Made by a program: the position numbers and the translations under genes
Notes under the pieces: generated by a model
Seen by the model: only the letters and a program-made list of their open reading frames with translations
Told to the model about the DNA's origin: nothing
Database searches by the model: none
DNA from: Octopus bimaculoides
Lineage: Eukaryota
Direction: 5' to 3'
Assembly (NCBI RefSeq): GCF_001194135.2
Contig: NC_068982.1
Span: forward strand, 42,064,674 to 42,128,673
DNA length: 64,000 nt
Shown here: in pieces, positions 12,801-26,026 of the stretch
Numbering within the stretch: the stretch's first letter is position 1
Layout: each line of letters begins with the position of its first letter

Positions 12801-13772
12801 NNNNNNNNNNNNNNNNNNNNNNNNNNNNNNNNNNNNNNNNNNNNNNNNNNNNNNNNNNNNNNNNNNNNNNNNNNNNNNNNNNNNNNNNNNNNNNNNNNNN
12901 NNNNNNNNNNNNNNNNNNNNNNNNNNNNNNNNNNNNNNNNNNNNNNNNNNNNNNNNNNNNNNNNNNNNNNNNNNNNNNNNNNNNNNNNNNNNNNNNNNNN
13001 NNNNNNNNNNNNNNNNNNNNNNNNNNNNNNNNNNNNNNNNNNNNNNNNNNNNNNNNNNNNNNNNNNNNNNNNNNNNNNNNNNNNNNNNNNNNNNNNNNNN
13101 NNNNNNNNNNNNNNNNNNNNNNNNNNNNNNNNNNNNNNNNNNNNNNNNNNNNNNNNNNNNNNNNNNNNNNNNNNNNNNNNNNNNNNNNNNNNNNNNNNNN
13201 NNNNNNNNNNNNNNNNNNNNNNNNNNNNNNNNNNNNNNNNNNNNNNNNNNNNNNNNNNNNNNNNNNNNNNNNNNNNNNNNNNNNNNNNNNNNNNNNNNNN
13301 NNNNNNNNNNNNNNNNNNNNNNNNNNNNNNNNNNNNNNNNNNNNNNNNNNNNNNNNNNNNNNNNNNNNNNNNNNNNNNNNNNNNNNNNNNNNNNNNNNNN
13401 NNNNNNNNNNNNNNNNNNNNNNNNNNNNNNNNNNNNNNNNNNNNNNNNNNNNNNNNNNNNNNNNNNNNNNNNNNNNNNNNNNNNNNNNNNNNNNNNNNNN
13501 NNNNNNNNNNNNNNNNNNNNNNNNNNNNNNNNNNNNNNNNNNNNNNNNNNNNNNNNNNNNNNNNNNNNNNNNNNNNNNNNNNNNNNNNNNNNNNNNNNNN
13601 NNNNNNNNNNNNNNNNNNNNNNNNNNNNNNNNNNNNNNNNNNNNNNNNNNNNNNNNNNNNNNNNNNNNNNNNNNNNNNNNNNNNNNNNNNNNNNNNNNNN
13701 NNNNNNNNNNNNNNNNNNNNNNNNNNNNNNNNNNNNNNNNNNNNNNNNNNNNNNNNNNNNNNNNNNNNNNNN

Positions 13773-13813
<41 letters not shown>

Positions 13814-13879
13814 AACAAAAGTTATAATAGATGGCAGGGTCGGTAGTTTTCACATTTCTGTAATTTTTCAGATTAACAC

Positions 13880-14052
13880 CCGCACTATTACCCAACCCTA
13901 ATCCTAAACCTAATCCTAAAACTAACCATAACCCTAAACCCTAACCCTAACTCTGACCCTAAAACCGTAACCGTAACACTAATCCTAACCCTAACCGTAA
14001 CCGTAACCCTAAACCCTAACCCTGACCCTAAAGCCCTAACCCTAACACCCTA
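13880..14052. repeat. Degenerate interstitial telomere-like (CCCTAA)n array
   Basis: More than 20 CCCTAA/CCGTAA/CCTAAA variants. Confidence 0.85.
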
Positions 14053-15574
14053 GTGAAAATCGTGGTATATTTACAAAACATTGACGAACATGAATTATAT
14101 TTTACTGAATGATTGTGTACTTGCACGTGTATACGTTTGAGAGAGCGAGAGAGGAAGAGGTAGAGAGAGGGGGAGAAAGGAATAGCGGTAGTTAAAAGTT
14201 TTCTTATGACGGTTTCTCTTCACTGCATATTACTTCATTAGAAATCTACGGATGCACATACGCACATAATAGAGAAAAATGAAACAAATATGGACGACTT
14301 GCTCCGAAACACCACCGAGTTGGGAACACTTCTCAAAAATAACATGCAGTTGTTTCCTTCAAAATTCCTACATGCTCGAAATATATATACATCAAGGTAT
14401 ATTTGTAGAAAATTTCACGAAAAAATATTCAATTTCCTGGAAGTTAAGAGGAATTTAAGTGGAATTTCCGCAAATTGTCCCTCACTCCCTCCCAAAACAC
14501 TTTCATCAAAAAGTTTTGCATATACGGAATCTACATAATAAATAATATATGCATAGAAAATTTCAGAAAANNNNNNNNNNNNNNNNNNNNNNNNNNNNNN
14601 NNNNNNNNNNNNNNNNNNNNNNNNNNNNNNNNNNNNNNNNNNNNNNNNNNNNNNNNNNNNNNNNNNNNNNNNNNNNNNNNNNNNNNNNNNNNNNNNNNNN
14701 NNNNNNNNNNNNNNNNNNNNNNNNNNNNNNNNNNNNNNNNNNNNNNNNNNNNNNNNNNNNNNNNNNNNNNNNNNNNNNNNNNNNNNNNNNNNNNNNNNNN
14801 NNNNNNNNNNNNNNNNNNNNNNNNNNNNNNNNNNNNNNNNNNNNNNNNNNNNNNNNNNNNNNNNNNNNNNNNNNNNNNNNNNNNNNNNNNNNNNNNNNNN
14901 NNNNNNNNNNNNNNNNNNNNNNNNNNNNNNNNNNNNNNNNNNNNNNNNNNNNNNNNNNNNNNNNNNNNNNNNNNNNNNNNNNNNNNNNNNNNNNNNNNNN
15001 NNNNNNNNNNNNNNNNNNNNNNNNNNNNNNNNNNNNNNNNNNNNNNNNNNNNNNNNNNNNNNNNNNNNNNNNNNNNNNNNNNNNNNNNNNNNNNNNNNNN
15101 NNNNNNNNNNNNNNNNNNNNNNNNNNNNNNNNNNNNNNNNNNNNNNNNNNNNNNNNNNNNNNNNNNNNNNNNNNNNNNNNNNNNNNNNNNNNNNNNNNNN
15201 NNNNNNNNNNNNNNNNNNNNNNNNNNNNNNNNNNNNNNNNNNNNNNNNNNNNNNNNNNNNNNNNNNNNNNNNNNNNNNNNNNNNNNNNNNNNNNNNNNNN
15301 NNNNNNNNNNNNNNNNNNNNNNNNNTTGTATAATACATCTCTAAAAGAAGATAGATTGACACAGACCTGATTAATCTACTTTTTTTAAAAATGATCTTTT
15401 TTTATAATAATGTTTAAGAAAATGTTAGGGGTGATGTATCCGCAGAGATTGTCTAGCCATGACTGGGTTCTCCTGCTTGTGTGGCATGGTGCAAAGTCCT
15501 GTTGTCAGACATAGGGCCTTCCAGCAGCCACCCTCTTCACGTAAGGCAGCACTAACCCCACCCCAAGCCAGGTT

Positions 15575-16168
15575 GAGTGTTGATTCCATCACTTTGAGCC
15601 AAATACAAAGAAAAAATCTATGCAATGGAAACACCCCGCCTCACTTGCTCCGAAGAAGGCCAACGCGGTTTCATCTACGGAGAAAGTGATGGCCACAGTG
15701 CTTTGGGGTGCAAAAGACGTGTTTATTTACCATCTTCAAAAGATCCACACCGTCAATAGAGAGAACTATGCCAACTTGCTGAGGCAGTTACAGAAGGCTA
15801 CCAAGACCAAACGTCCTGAAAAAGTAATGAAAGGGGTCTTGTTTCATCAGGACAATGCTTCAGCACACAAGTCTTTGGTTTCAATGGCTGCTGCGCACGA
15901 CTGTGGCTTTGAACTGGTTGATTACTCACTCTATTCTACTAATTTAGCCCCATTTGACTATCATCTGTTGGCTAAGATGATGTTGGCATCATATCTGTTG
16001 TTGATGACTTTTTTGACCAACAGGATCGAAGCTTCTTCAACAATAGGATCCAGGTACTGCAACACCGACGGAAGAAGTGTGTGAGTCGCAAGGGGAACTA
16101 TGTTGAAAAATAAACCTCATTTGAGAGTATTCTGGTCAGCCTATGACCTATTCAGCCGACCGTCTTAT
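15575..16168 (+). mobile_element. Decayed mariner transposon, 3' half
   Basis: HHFEP..KSMQWKH, KVMATVLW, LFHQDNASAH, YSTNLAPFDYHL and KCV..KGNYVEK* motifs, then a TIR-like end. Confidence 0.9.
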
Positions 16169-16241
16169 GCCTAGGTGTAGGTGGTTTTTCTGGAATATTG
16201 TTAGAAGTATTCAGACAGGAATATAAAATTGAACACATACA

Positions 16242-16297
<56 letters not shown>

Positions 16298-16749
16298 AGG
16301 TAGAAAAGTAACACACGAGTTGATATGTATAACGAAAATAAGACACGGTAGAAAATGCTAAAATAATTTTATCATGAAGTACATTTTAGTACCGGTTTCC
16401 GTCTTTTAGACCTTTTCAACTAAGAGTAAAATAAGAAAAACAATTAAATTGGAGAAAAAAAAATTAAGTGTGACGTTTTGGAAATACTTCCATAGTTCTC
16501 AAATAGGTAAATATTTCCACAGCCTTCAAATAGTCTGTCTGTCTGTCTCTCTTCCTTTGTGAATGCTTGGTAGGTAGGTTGTAACAAATTTGAAGAAATA
16601 GTTTTTGAGTACAGATAATTGATAGTTTAAGCAGGAGCAGCCGAGGGAGGAGAAGAAGAAGGAGGAGGAGGAGAAGGAGAAGAAGATGAAAAAGGAAAAG
16701 AAGTAGGAGTAGGGAAATAAGAGGAAGAAGGAGAAAGAAAAGAAACTCA

Positions 16750-17672
16750 GTAGATTGTTCATGGAATATTTAATGGTCAAACGACTTAAAAGTGACCAGT
16801 TGTGGTCGTAGCAATAGTGGCTGGAATTGTTCTAAATTCTTGTAGTAACTTCATCTGTGGTGGAAACATTCAAAAGAGGTTTATATTTTGCGATAAAATA
16901 TGCTTCTTTGCTAATGCACTGATTATAGGCTACATTGTCTCTGAATTTATAGAGGGGAAAAATTCTAAAGTTGGCTTGTTCGTTAGTGGCGTAAATATCG
17001 ATGTGCTTGCTTAATCATATGTTTCTGTATTCCCGTATTTTAATCTGGGATCTATGTAACGTCATCCTCTTGTGTAGACTGATTTTAGTTTGACCAATAT
17101 ATTTGTCTCGACACCCCAAGAAAGTTAATACATATATTAATTAGGTTTTCCGAAGCACATGTGGAGTTGTTTTTTCACTGTAAAACGTTGACTCTGTTTG
17201 AAGGAGAATCCCGATCCCTCAGTTAGGCCGACACATATACCACAGTTAGGTCTTCCGCATTTTTGAACTGTCGGTTTCAATGTTGTTGACTAGTGTACTT
17301 GGGCCTGTGTTTTGGGCTGTCTTTTGCTCTTTTTGATGGTGTGCGTTTGGAGGATTTGATCCATTCTATTGTCCCTTTTTAGTAAAGGGATTTTCTAGAC
17401 GATGGTATCGAAGGCCTCATTGATTAGGGGATAGTGCGTGGATATGTATGGCAGGGCTTTTGGCTGTAAATCCTTCTTTAATTTTGGGTGTCTGAGTTCG
17501 TGGATGTTGAGTTGTAGGGTACACTGAAAGCCTATATCAATTAGTGACTGTGGGTATTTCCTGCTGATGAGTGTATCCTTTAGCTCATGTAGGGGTGTGT
17601 CCCTGGTGCTTGTATTAGATACTATAGTACAAATCCTTTTTGCCAGGTTGTAAGGGATATTCATTCTAGTGT
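16750..17672 (-). mobile_element. Penelope-like retroelement fragment (RT C-terminus plus GIY-YIG endonuclease)
   Basis: Minus-strand IPYNLAKRICTIVS, KCGRPNCG, YVLT..GC...YIGQTKISLHKRMTLHRSQI and KEAYFIAKYKPLLN, with frameshifts. Confidence 0.85.
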
Positions 17673-17683
17673 GTCTGGGTGGA

Positions 17684-17717
<34 letters not shown>

Positions 17718-18959
17718 ATAAATAATACAAAATGGGACAAGGACGCAAAACATCCAGGCAGTTAGGTGATACACGAAAGAACACAAAACATCCAGATAGA
17801 CGGTACAAAGAAAACACGGACAGGTCATTCGGAGTTTTCTCTCTTCAGTCGAGATCCACATTATCTTTGCAATTTCGGCTGGTTATTCTCGATATTGNNN
17901 NNNNNNNNNNNNNNNNNNNNNNNNNNNNNNNNNNNNNNNNNNNNNNNNNNNNNNNNNNNNNNNNNNNNNNNNNNNNNNNNNNNNNNNNNNNNNNNNNNNN
18001 NNNNNNNNNNNNNNNNNNNNNNNNNNNNNNNNNNNNNNNNNNNNNNNNNNNNNNNNNNNNNNNNNNNNNNNNNNNNNNNNNNNNNNNNNNNNNNNNNNNN
18101 NNNNNNNNNNNNNNNNNNNNNNNNNNNNNNNNNNNNNNNNNNNNNNNNNNNNNNNNNNNNNNNNNNNNNNNNNNNNNNNNNNNNNNNNNNNNNNNNNNNN
18201 NNNNNNNNNNNNNNNNNNNNNNNNNNNNNNNNNNNNNNNNNNNNNNNNNNNNNNNNNNNNNNNNNNNNNNNNNNNNNNNNNNNNNNNNNNNNNNNNNNNN
18301 NNNNNNNNNNNNNNNNNNNNNNNNNNNNNNNNNNNNNNNNNNNNNNNNNNNNNNNNNNNNNNNNNNNNNNNNNNNNNNNNNNNNNNNNNNNNNNNNNNNN
18401 NNNNNNNNNNNNNNNNNNNNNNNNNNNNNNNNNNNNNNNNNNNNNNNNNNNNNNNNNNNNNNNNNNNNNNNNNNNNNNNNNNNNNNNNNNNNNNNNNNNN
18501 NNNNNNNNNNNNNNNNNNNNNNNNNNNNNNNNNNNNNNNNNNNNNNNNNNNNNNNNNNNNNNNNNNNNNNNNNNNNNNNNNNNNNNNNNNNNNNNNNNNN
18601 NNNNNNNNNNNNNNNNNNAGCAGCATTTGAAATGTAATGTTGTTTACTGGGGTAGTGGAGTTGGTGTTGGTAGTGTTGTTGTTATGGTTGCTTTTCTTTT
18701 GTGGTGGTGGTGTTGGTGTTGGTGTTGGTGGTGGTGGTGGTTGCAGTTGACAGAAAGACAAGGGCTGACCCCCCAACCCCCCGAAAAGCGATAGTTGAGG
18801 TGATGCTGATGTTAATGGTTTGCGTTGATAGTGTTGCCGAAAGAGGTTTAAAAGTATTTATAGTGTTAAGTGACAGTGGTACTGGCACGGGAGGTAAATA
18901 AGTTGTTACTGTTGTTGTTGTTGTTGTTGTTGTCAGCGTCGTCGTCGTGTTCGTTTTAA

Positions 18960-19170
18960 CCCCGGTTCAGCTCTCATCGAGTAGATCTATGAACGAAGAC
19001 GTTCCACCTATGACCATCTCATCTTTTTCTCTCATGTACAACAAACCCAGAGCCACATTACCCAGCATGTTCTTTTCTAAAACGATAAAGGGTGTCATTT
19101 GAGGAAAAGATAAGATTTGACTGCTATTTCTAGGAGATCGAGCGACTACGTAAAGGTTCCCGATTCCCTC
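18960..19170 (+). mobile_element. Interspersed repeat family F copy (related copies near 22680, 32330, 34060, 36700, 43360)
   Basis: Shared ...GATTTG(G/A)CTGCTATTTCTAG... core seen at several places in the window. Confidence 0.55.
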
Positions 19171-19617
19171 CTTAGATACGCTATAGCTTGTCTCGTAGTG
19201 GTGACAGTGGCGGCCGGTAATGAAGGCGCTTGCGGTGGGTGAGGTAAACAATAGAAGCCATGCATGTGTTAGCAAGGTGGCTTTCGAGTCACGTTTAATT
19301 GGCATATATTGTCTAAAGAGGCAAATATCATATCATAAAAACAGAGAGAAAAACAAACAAAAAACAAAACAATATTTTTGAATAGGTATTGAAGGCGACG
19401 GGGAAAGCGGTGGCAGTGGTGGTGATGATGATTTTGATGATGATGGTGATGATGATGATGATAATGTAGATGATGGTGATGTTAGCGTTGCTTATGGTTG
19501 CTGATGTTGATGATGAAAACAATGACAATAGTGATGGTGGTGGCGGTGGTGGTGGGGATGATGATGATGATGATGATAATGTTGTTGCTACTGTGTTCTT
19601 GTTGTTGTTGTTGTTGT

Positions 19618-19651
<34 letters not shown>

Positions 19652-19746
19652 GATGTTGAAAGAAGTTTGTGTCGATGATGCTCATAGTAGCAGGTACAAA
19701 AAATATCAGTGAAAAAGCCCGGTTGAAGGAAAGTGATAGCAAATAC

Positions 19747-19789
<43 letters not shown>

Positions 19790-20047
19790 AACATATACAT
19801 ACATTCATACATATATTCATATATGTATATACCGGGTACATACACAGGGAGAAGAAAGTGGATTTCGAGAGAAAGAAACAGTATGTATGTATGTATGTAT
19901 GTATGTATGTATGTATTATGTATATTTTTACTTAAAAACGTGTAAACATATATGCGTGTGAGTGTGCTTGTTGGTGTAACTGTGTAATTTGTCTAAAGGA
20001 AAAAAAATGAAAGCTAAAATGTAGAGTAAAAGGAACTACAAACGATG

Positions 20048-20086
<39 letters not shown>

Positions 20087-20425
20087 GTAGATAGATAGAT
20101 AGATAAGGAGAGAGAGAGAGAGAGATAGATAAGGAGAGAGAGATACGGGGGAAAGAGAGAGAAAGAGAGGGAGAGAGATAAGTAAGAATGGAGTATGTAT
20201 GGTGGGAGTGAGAAAGTGAAGAGGAACAGAAGATGAAAGGGGAGAAGAAGAGGAGGGAGAAAGAAAGAAAGAAAAAGCTATAGAGAAAGAAACTCGACGC
20301 CGAGAAGGTTGATATGATAGAAAAAAGAAAGAGAAAGGAAGAGAGAGAGAGATAGAGAGAGAGAAAGGGATGTGTGTGTGTGTGTGTGTGTGTGTATATG
20401 CATATACGTGTATGTATCTGTATAG

Positions 20426-20457
<32 letters not shown>

Positions 20458-20702
20458 GGGGTGGAGGAAGAAATCTTTAGATCTTCGGTATAAAAGGAAT
20501 TGGTGTTTAGTAAAACGAAATGAAACAAGAATCGTTGGTTGGTTAGTGTATTATATTGGAAATACGTTTGGCACTTAGATTTGCAGTGCTGAAGTGTCAT
20601 AGACAATGAGATAGCTGTGAGATGAAAGAGGTAGCGCCTTCTAACGATGAACATGACAGGATCTGTAAGTGTGCGCTTTCAGAGCAAGAAAGTTGTATAT
20701 CG

Positions 20703-20762
<60 letters not shown>

Positions 20763-22287
20763 NNNNNNNNNNNNNNNNNNNNNNNNNNNNNNNNNNNNNN
20801 NNNNNNNNNNNNNNNNNNNNNNNNNNNNNNNNNNNNNNNNNNNNNNNNNNNNNNNNNNNNNNNNNNNNNNNNNNNNNNNNNNNNNNNNNNNNNNNNNNNN
20901 NNNNNNNNNNNNNNNNNNNNNNNNNNNNNNNNNNNNNNNNNNNNNNNNNNNNNNNNNNNNNNNNNNNNNNNNNNNNNNNNNNNNNNNNNNNNNNNNNNNN
21001 NNNNNNNNNNNNNNNNNNNNNNNNNNNNNNNNNNNNNNNNNNNNNNNNNNNNNNNNNNNNNNNNNNNNNNNNNNNNNNNNNNNNNNNNNNNNNNNNNNNN
21101 NNNNNNNNNNNNNNNNNNNNNNNNNNNNNNNNNNNNNNNNNNNNNNNNNNNNNNNNNNNNNNNNNNNNNNNNNNNNNNNNNNNNNNNNNNNNNNNNNNNN
21201 NNNNNNNNNNNNNNNNNNNNNNNNNNNNNNNNNNNNNNNNNNNNNNNNNNNNNNNNNNNNNNNNNNNNNNNNNNNNNNNNNNNNNNNNNNNNNNNNNNNN
21301 NNNNNNNNNNNNNNNNNNNNNNNNNNNNNNNNNNNNNNNNNNNNNNNNNNNNNNNNNNNNNNNNNNNNNNNNNNNNNNNNNNNNNNNNNNNNNNNNNNNN
21401 NNNNNNNNNNNNNNNNNNNNNNNNNNNNNNNNNNNNNNNNNNNNNNNNNTATATAATAATAATCATAAAGGTGGCTAGACGCAATATAAAACCAACAAGG
21501 AAAAATTCAATTGTCACTAATACATATATGTGTGTGTGTGTATGTGTGTGCGTGTATGCCTCTCTCTCTCTGTGTGTGTGTGTGTGTGTATTGGCAAGAC
21601 ATTAATAAAAGTAACAGACAGAATATTTATTACAAAGAAAGATATAACGACAATCTGGACGGACAGAGAAAATGGGGGGAAAAAAACATTCAAAGAATCA
21701 GTTAAGAAGGGAGAAAAGGTAGAATTATGAAAAAGTATAAAGTCGAAGACAGAACACCCGCTTGTGCATGCACACACACATTCACACATTCACACATGCA
21801 CAGACAAGGAACTATAATCTGTTGTTCACTAGCTTTACAATCCATTATGTTCGATGCATATATACTCATCACATATAGGAGTAAATTCATTGAACTATTC
21901 TTGTCCTTTACAAGTCTGTACGTCAATGAAAGGAGTAATATGGGAATAAATAATTCAGAGACTCCAGCCATGAGGCTTCACTGATAAAGTGAGAAAAAAA
22001 CCGTAAAACGGAACACAAAATGCATTCCCACCGACCAAAAACTTAAAACTCATAGCATGCTAATAAAAAAAGCACCAAATCCCAAAACTTTCTTATCTAT
22101 AATACGTCAAAAGCATGTAAATCGAGAACAAGCTGCTACGAATAACCAATGTTATCTACACATTTAACAAAAACTTAAAGTTGCATATTTCAGGACTCCA
22201 GGTTTTATATTGGATTTACTAAAACAACACCATCCCGTATAGTTACCATTATTTACAACAAAGAACTATTGTAAGACATTATATCAC

Positions 22288-22605
22288 ACACCATGTGAAG
22301 GCACGTGGTTAGGGTAATCGGCTCACGATCGTAAGGTCGTGAGTCCGATTCTTGGCGGCGCGCTGTGTTCTTCAGCAAAACACTTTATTTCATGTTGCTC
22401 CTTGTCTGCTCAGCTGGCAAAAATGAGTTGTACCCGTAAGTCAAAGGACCACCCTTGTCACATTCTGTATCTCCCTGAGATCGACGTTAAGGTTACTTAC
22501 GCGTGTCTGTGGAGTTTTCAGCCAATTGTACGTTAATTTCACGGACAGTCTGTTTTGTTCATCAGATCAACTGGAACACTAGTCGTCGTAACCAGCAAAG
22601 TGTCC
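22288..22605 (+). mobile_element. SINE family C-related copy
   Basis: tRNA-like head followed by the GTCTGTGGAG...GATCAACTGGAAC...GTCGTAAC body. Confidence 0.7.
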
Positions 22606-23325
22606 AGTAAAAGTAAATACCTCACGCCACAAAACAAAATTACTTGGAATTATATATAAATTTCCTTCGGACCAAATCTTACCGTCTTAAATAAAGACAC
22701 ATTGGGTAATTTAGTACTAGATATCCTTAACTAGACGAGCTCAAAGTTATAGTGCTTGCTTGATCAGAGCAAAGTTAGGGCCAAACCACAATAATGCATT
22801 GTCTTACAGCATTCGGAATCAAATATTATTTGTACTAACCCTACCGAAAGATTCTAAATCTTCTACCGAAATAAGAACTAATAGTGTATTACTTCCCAGG
22901 AATTTTCTTTCATGACATTCAATGATTTAAAAAAATCTGTGAATTTACGCCTATATATTTCTGTCGTTTTGCTACAGACCTTCCTTGGTCAAGCAGACTT
23001 TTATCAAAGATGTTCAATTTGTGACCATTTCACTTTTTGAATATCAAAAACTAAAATGTACAATGTGTACCTTGTTTTTTAAAGACAATAAGATATAACA
23101 GATATCTCTTCAGAATCGTTCCGCTAGTATCTCTGTTTAGATCTAGCCTTGCGTTTCAGAGAATATTAGCATATTTGGAAATTTCATTACCCACTACAAA
23201 GATAACCAACTTGTCTACGTCCCCTCTCACCAAAAATTAATGTCCAGGGCCTTCACTGCTGTGGAAGTGTCACCTGTGGTCATTAGAAAGTACTGCTGAC
23301 ATTCAAATTCAACCTGATAAAGATA

Positions 23326-24247
23326 CAGTAATACTTCACTTTACGAGGGCCCACTTTACGAAACACTGGGTTTATGAGTTTTATTTTTCAGCTCAGTTTT
23401 GTATGTCGAGCTGAAATTTTTCAAGCACAAGATACAAATTTTGAACGAAGTGCAAAAGTTTCTACTACTATGACAAATGCTTCTACGTGACATCGAGAAA
23501 TTTATAGAGAGCGAAAAAAAAAATCTTCTTCTAAGCAAACAACTCTAGACTTGATTTTTAATAAGAAATCTACAAGTCCGTCTACGAGTGCTTGTAAATC
23601 GGCGATCGCGTCTACAAGTAATGGTATGCGTGAGTCTAGTGCGAGTGAAAGTGATTCAGGAAACGATTATAATAATAATAATTTTTATCATAAGTTATCT
23701 TGACATTCTTTTTGCTCTTTACAATCTACTGTTGTTTTATTGCCATTTATTTACGAGTATCATACATTTTGGATCTTTTCCCTTTGAACGGCACATCGAG
23801 AAATTAATTTTCTGTAACTAAACACTTTCAAACTTCGGACACTGGTAGAATGTGTTATATAGAACATCTTTTACTCTTAGTGATATTGAGAAAAGTTTAA
23901 CCAATCAAAGACGTGTATTCAGCTGAATAAAATTACCGAAATAAAACTTTAACACGAAATAACTTTGAAAATATAAACTTTTCTCAATATCACTAAGAGT
24001 AAAAGATGTTCTATATGACACATTCTACCAGTATCCGAAGTTTGAAACTGTTTAGTAACAAAAAATGAATTTCTCGATGTGCCGTTTAAAGGGAAAAGAT
24101 CCTAAATTTTAAAGGTAAAATATTTTTCTGGGAACTAATTATAATTTATAAAACATTGCTACTATGGAAATTATGCTCTATTTTGCGAGTTTTCGCTTTA
24201 CAAGCGATCTCTTGGAATGAATTAACTCGTATATCGAGGCATTACGG
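23326..24247 (+). mobile_element. pogo/Tigger-like non-autonomous element
   Basis: Degenerate TIRs CAGTAATACTTCACTTTACGAG / CTCGTATATCGAGGCATTACGG, TA on both sides. Retains C-terminal QDTNFERSAKV...REIYRERKKK..KQTTLD. Confidence 0.8.
23771..24102. mobile_element. GGATC-terminal foldback MITE
   Basis: Inverted arms of about 120 bp. 8-bp TSD TACATTTT/TAAATTTT (7 of 8 match). Confidence 0.9.
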
Positions 24248-25435
24248 TATATAAAGAAAAAAACTTCACATATAAGATTCGATGTTGACAAATTGAAAGA
24301 TTCAGATTCTGTAGTATCTGAAGTCAACGTGGTCGGATCGTTTGCTGCAGTCTTCAATTTACTAGAAAATAATAACTCCTTGACTAACAATATGTACGAA
24401 GCATTTCATGAATCAGTTTTAGAAGTACTCGGGTAAAGAAGAAAAAAACAAAAAACAAAAACAATGGGTCGCTGATGATATACTGGAAGTATGCGGTACA
24501 ATACAGGCTCTGAACAAGAACAAATGAATAGATGCTGAAGCAGCTTGATTACATACACATCGCTGTGAATTGGAGAAGTTCAGAAATGAAATGAAGGAAA
24601 CCAAGGAAAAGTGGTAAACAGACACCATGATAACATCGAATCTGAGATAAAGATGACAACAGGAAGGCTACTTTTGAGACGCGTGCACGCAACACGCCCC
24701 CCCCCCTAAATGTTAACAAAAGCGAAGCAACTAACCGCTGTTGCTATTGGGACTGCTATTATAAGAAGCTGATCATGACCCCACCGCCCTGGATAATGTC
24801 ACTATTAACAACAGAGGACTTGTGCATGCTCGGATACACCATAACGGAGTTGAAGAAACGATGCGCATGCTCAAAGAAGGAAAACCACAAGAGGTTGGCA
24901 ATATCCTAGCAGAGACCCTGAAATATGATAAACCATTATTCATCGATACAGAGGAAATGCGAAACAAAGTAAGGGAAGAAAATGAACCCAATCCTTCGCG
25001 ATACTCTTTCTAACGAAACGGAGATAATACTCTGCCAGTATAGAAGAACCTTTAGTTTGATCAGCTACCCAGTACAACGCTGCCGACAATTCTCGTAAGC
25101 AGGCTTAAATGAAAGGTGAAAGAAATATTCGCAGATGAACGGGCAGAATTCGGATTATAAAGTAGATATCTAACTCCAGATTGCAGAGCGAGAAACATCT
25201 CCAATGCCATGTAACCCATTCCTCAACTTCTTTGACTTCAAAAAATCTTTTAACAGTGTCTAGCATAAGATTTGGTGGCAAATAATGAAGTATTTCGGAT
25301 TCGACAGCAACTTCATCCGAGTGAGTCAAGCACTGTATGGAAATTCAAATTGCGCAGTTCTCCTGTATAACAACACAGCAGACTTCTTTAGGAGAACAGG
25401 AGGTCTTCAAGGCTGCGTCACGAGTAGTCCAGTAT

Positions 25436-25870
25436 ACAGGGTGACTGAAAAGTAACTCTCTATTTTAAAATACTGATAAATTATTTATTAATTGTAATTT
25501 TTTTCTCATTTTTTTTTTGTGTTTGTATTTTGAAATACGAGAATTTATTCTTTAATTGTATTGCTCTTGTCTGAATGACAAGATGACTGAATGCCCACTT
25601 TCCCAGGTGATGGACGGATCATTGTTGTCCGCATGAGTGGCCAGTGAGAAGTCTCAACTTAACACCCTGTGACTTCTTTCTTTGGGGTTGGTTAAACAAA
25701 CAAGTCTACTGTACCAAACCAAAGACTTTGGAAGAACTTGAAGGGCGAATATAAGAGGTTATGTTTTTTTTCCATCCCACAAGAGTTTCTGGTGAAATCA
25801 TTTGACGCAATTCCTGGGCGACTCAAGAAGCTGGTGGCGACATCTGGATCCCAAATCAAAATTTAAATAA
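25436..25870 (+). mobile_element. Tc1/mariner remnant
   Basis: TA-CAGGGTG terminus and EWPVRSLNLTPCDFFLWGWLNKQVYCTKPKTLEELEGRI. Confidence 0.8.
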
Positions 25871-25954
25871 AACCGCATACTAAAAGCTTTCCTCTCGTCC
25901 ATATTTTTGTAAAAATTACAATTTATAAATAATTTATAAGTATTTTACACACAC

Positions 25955-26026
<72 letters not shown>

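Larger units (their letters stand above)
23150..25430 (+). mobile_element. Decayed RTE-clade LINE (endonuclease end, linker, RT), interrupted by DNA transposons
   Basis: NQLVYVP / GH*KVLLTFKFNL (endonuclease end), IRFDVDKLKD, KKQ..WVADDILEVC and FDFKKSFNSV..LYGNS..QGC (RT). Confidence 0.75.

Noticed and set aside
15620-16084. 154-aa mariner ORF as a functional or domesticated transposase
   Set aside because: The catalytic motifs are degenerate, the N-terminus is missing, and the frame shifts before the third Asp region.
20585-20665. Possible exon between TTTGCAG and GTAAGT
   Set aside because: There are stops in all three frames and the polypyrimidine tract is weak.
10953-21605. Long ORFs of 250-430 aa in the track
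   Set aside because: They are open only because they read through N-gaps and dinucleotide repeats. The same applies to the ORFs spanning gaps at 3.1, 5.5, 6.7, 27.4, 38.3, 49.9 and 60.1 kb.
23231-23313. Apparent minus-strand exon (VEFECQQYFLMTTGDTSTAVKALDINF) with good AG and GT sites
   Set aside because: The plus strand is the endonuclease end of a decayed RTE LINE, and I found no compatible neighbouring exon. The candidate at about 21980 hits a stop within 19 codons.
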